From: Planctomycetota bacterium
Lineage (GTDB): Bacteria; Planctomycetota; SZUA-567; H5-PLA8
Direction of reading: 5' to 3'
DNA: 48,971 nucleotides
Assembly: GCA_045863855.1 (NCBI GenBank)
Contig: BTVV01000039.1
Location: 1 to 48,971, forward strand
Under the pieces are notes generated by a model, which was not told the origin of the DNA, searched no databases, and saw only the letters and a list, made by a program, of their open reading frames with translations. The translations under genes were made by a program, and so were the position numbers. Every line of letters begins with the position of its first letter. The stretch's first letter is position 1. Shown here in pieces: positions 48,542 through 48,971 of this stretch.

Positions 48542-48971
48542 TTATTCCCAAAGACTCTGGCCGGTCTGCAAGGCTTCGGCCAGATCGCGGATCTGCATGC
48601 CTTCCGGAACCGCCACGCGCAGCTTCTCGAGGGGAATCGGAACGTTCGGAATCAGCTCCTGCACATCGAGCTGCAACTCCTGCTTGTCGCTGGCCGTCGC
48701 GAGCGTCACGCGGCCGGGGTACGTCAAATCGGTCGGCCGCTCCGCGGCTTCGCCCGCGCCCGGCGTCTTGAACCGGTAATCCTCGAACCGGATCGCGCCC
48801 AGGAACTGGCTCTGCAAGTCGAAGATGTCCGCGCGCGTGGCGACCGAATGCTCGCTGCTGAGCTGGTAACTGCGCACGCGGCGCTTGAATACGCCCGGCA
48901 TCTCCAGCACGCTCACCACCGGCTTCCCGTTCTCGATCACCACCCGCCGCTCGAAAGCCGTCTCGGTCCAA
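48542..48971 (-). CDS. C-terminal part of a LolA/LolB-fold-like envelope protein (5'-truncated by the window edge)
   Basis: Frame open to the window edge (...WTETAFERRVVIENG...); C-terminus YPGRVTL...NVPIPLEKLRVAVPEGMQIRDL resembles LolA-fold ends. Confidence 0.55.
   Translation of the reverse strand, partial: WTETAFERRVVIENGKPVVSVLEMPGVFKRRVRSYQLSSEHSVATRADIFDLQSQFLGAIRFEDYRFKTPGAGEAAERPTDLTYPGRVTLATASDKQELQLDVQELIPNVPIPLEKLRVAVPEGMQIRDLAEALQTGQSLWE

Overview
A GC-rich (about 65-68% by eye) bacterial chromosomal window with about 35 genes, mostly housekeeping and envelope functions. It is most likely from a Planctomycetota/PVC-type organism, inferred from the lpxC-fabZ fusion, SecA with large insertions, Zn-ribbon/TM proteins and HEAT-like N-terminal modules. 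Left to right: a >1087-aa minus-strand Zn-ribbon/TM/multi-domain protein absent from the ORF track (it runs off the left edge); a minus-strand lipid A operon (lpxC-fabZ, lpxA, two exported cyclophilins, DinB, GnnA-like oxidoreductase); a secreted clan GH-A glycoside hydrolase; a low-GC orphan; an M23 peptidase; a receiver protein; a sugar-phosphate isomerase; HpnA; potABCD; an MDR dehydrogenase; a 47-aa unannotated membrane peptide; secA preceded by a signal-peptide-bearing leader ORF (SecM-like arrest-peptide candidate); ASCH-like and LuxR genes; an alpha/beta hydrolase; nth; an HMA protein; a TPR-like protein; an FAD oxidoreductase; a plus-strand run beta-CASP nuclease > C39-like peptidase > heparinase II-like lyase > RLAN/RimK ATP-grasp ligase > GCS2 ligase; glcF; a beta-helix protein; an MMPL exporter; and a truncated LolA-fold gene. 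I found no rRNA, tRNA, CRISPR array, transposase or phage gene. The best candidates for an undescribed system are the secA leader ORF and the C39/ATP-grasp/GCS2 peptide-ligase cluster with an interposed lyase. All family calls come from motif recognition by eye; no database search was run.
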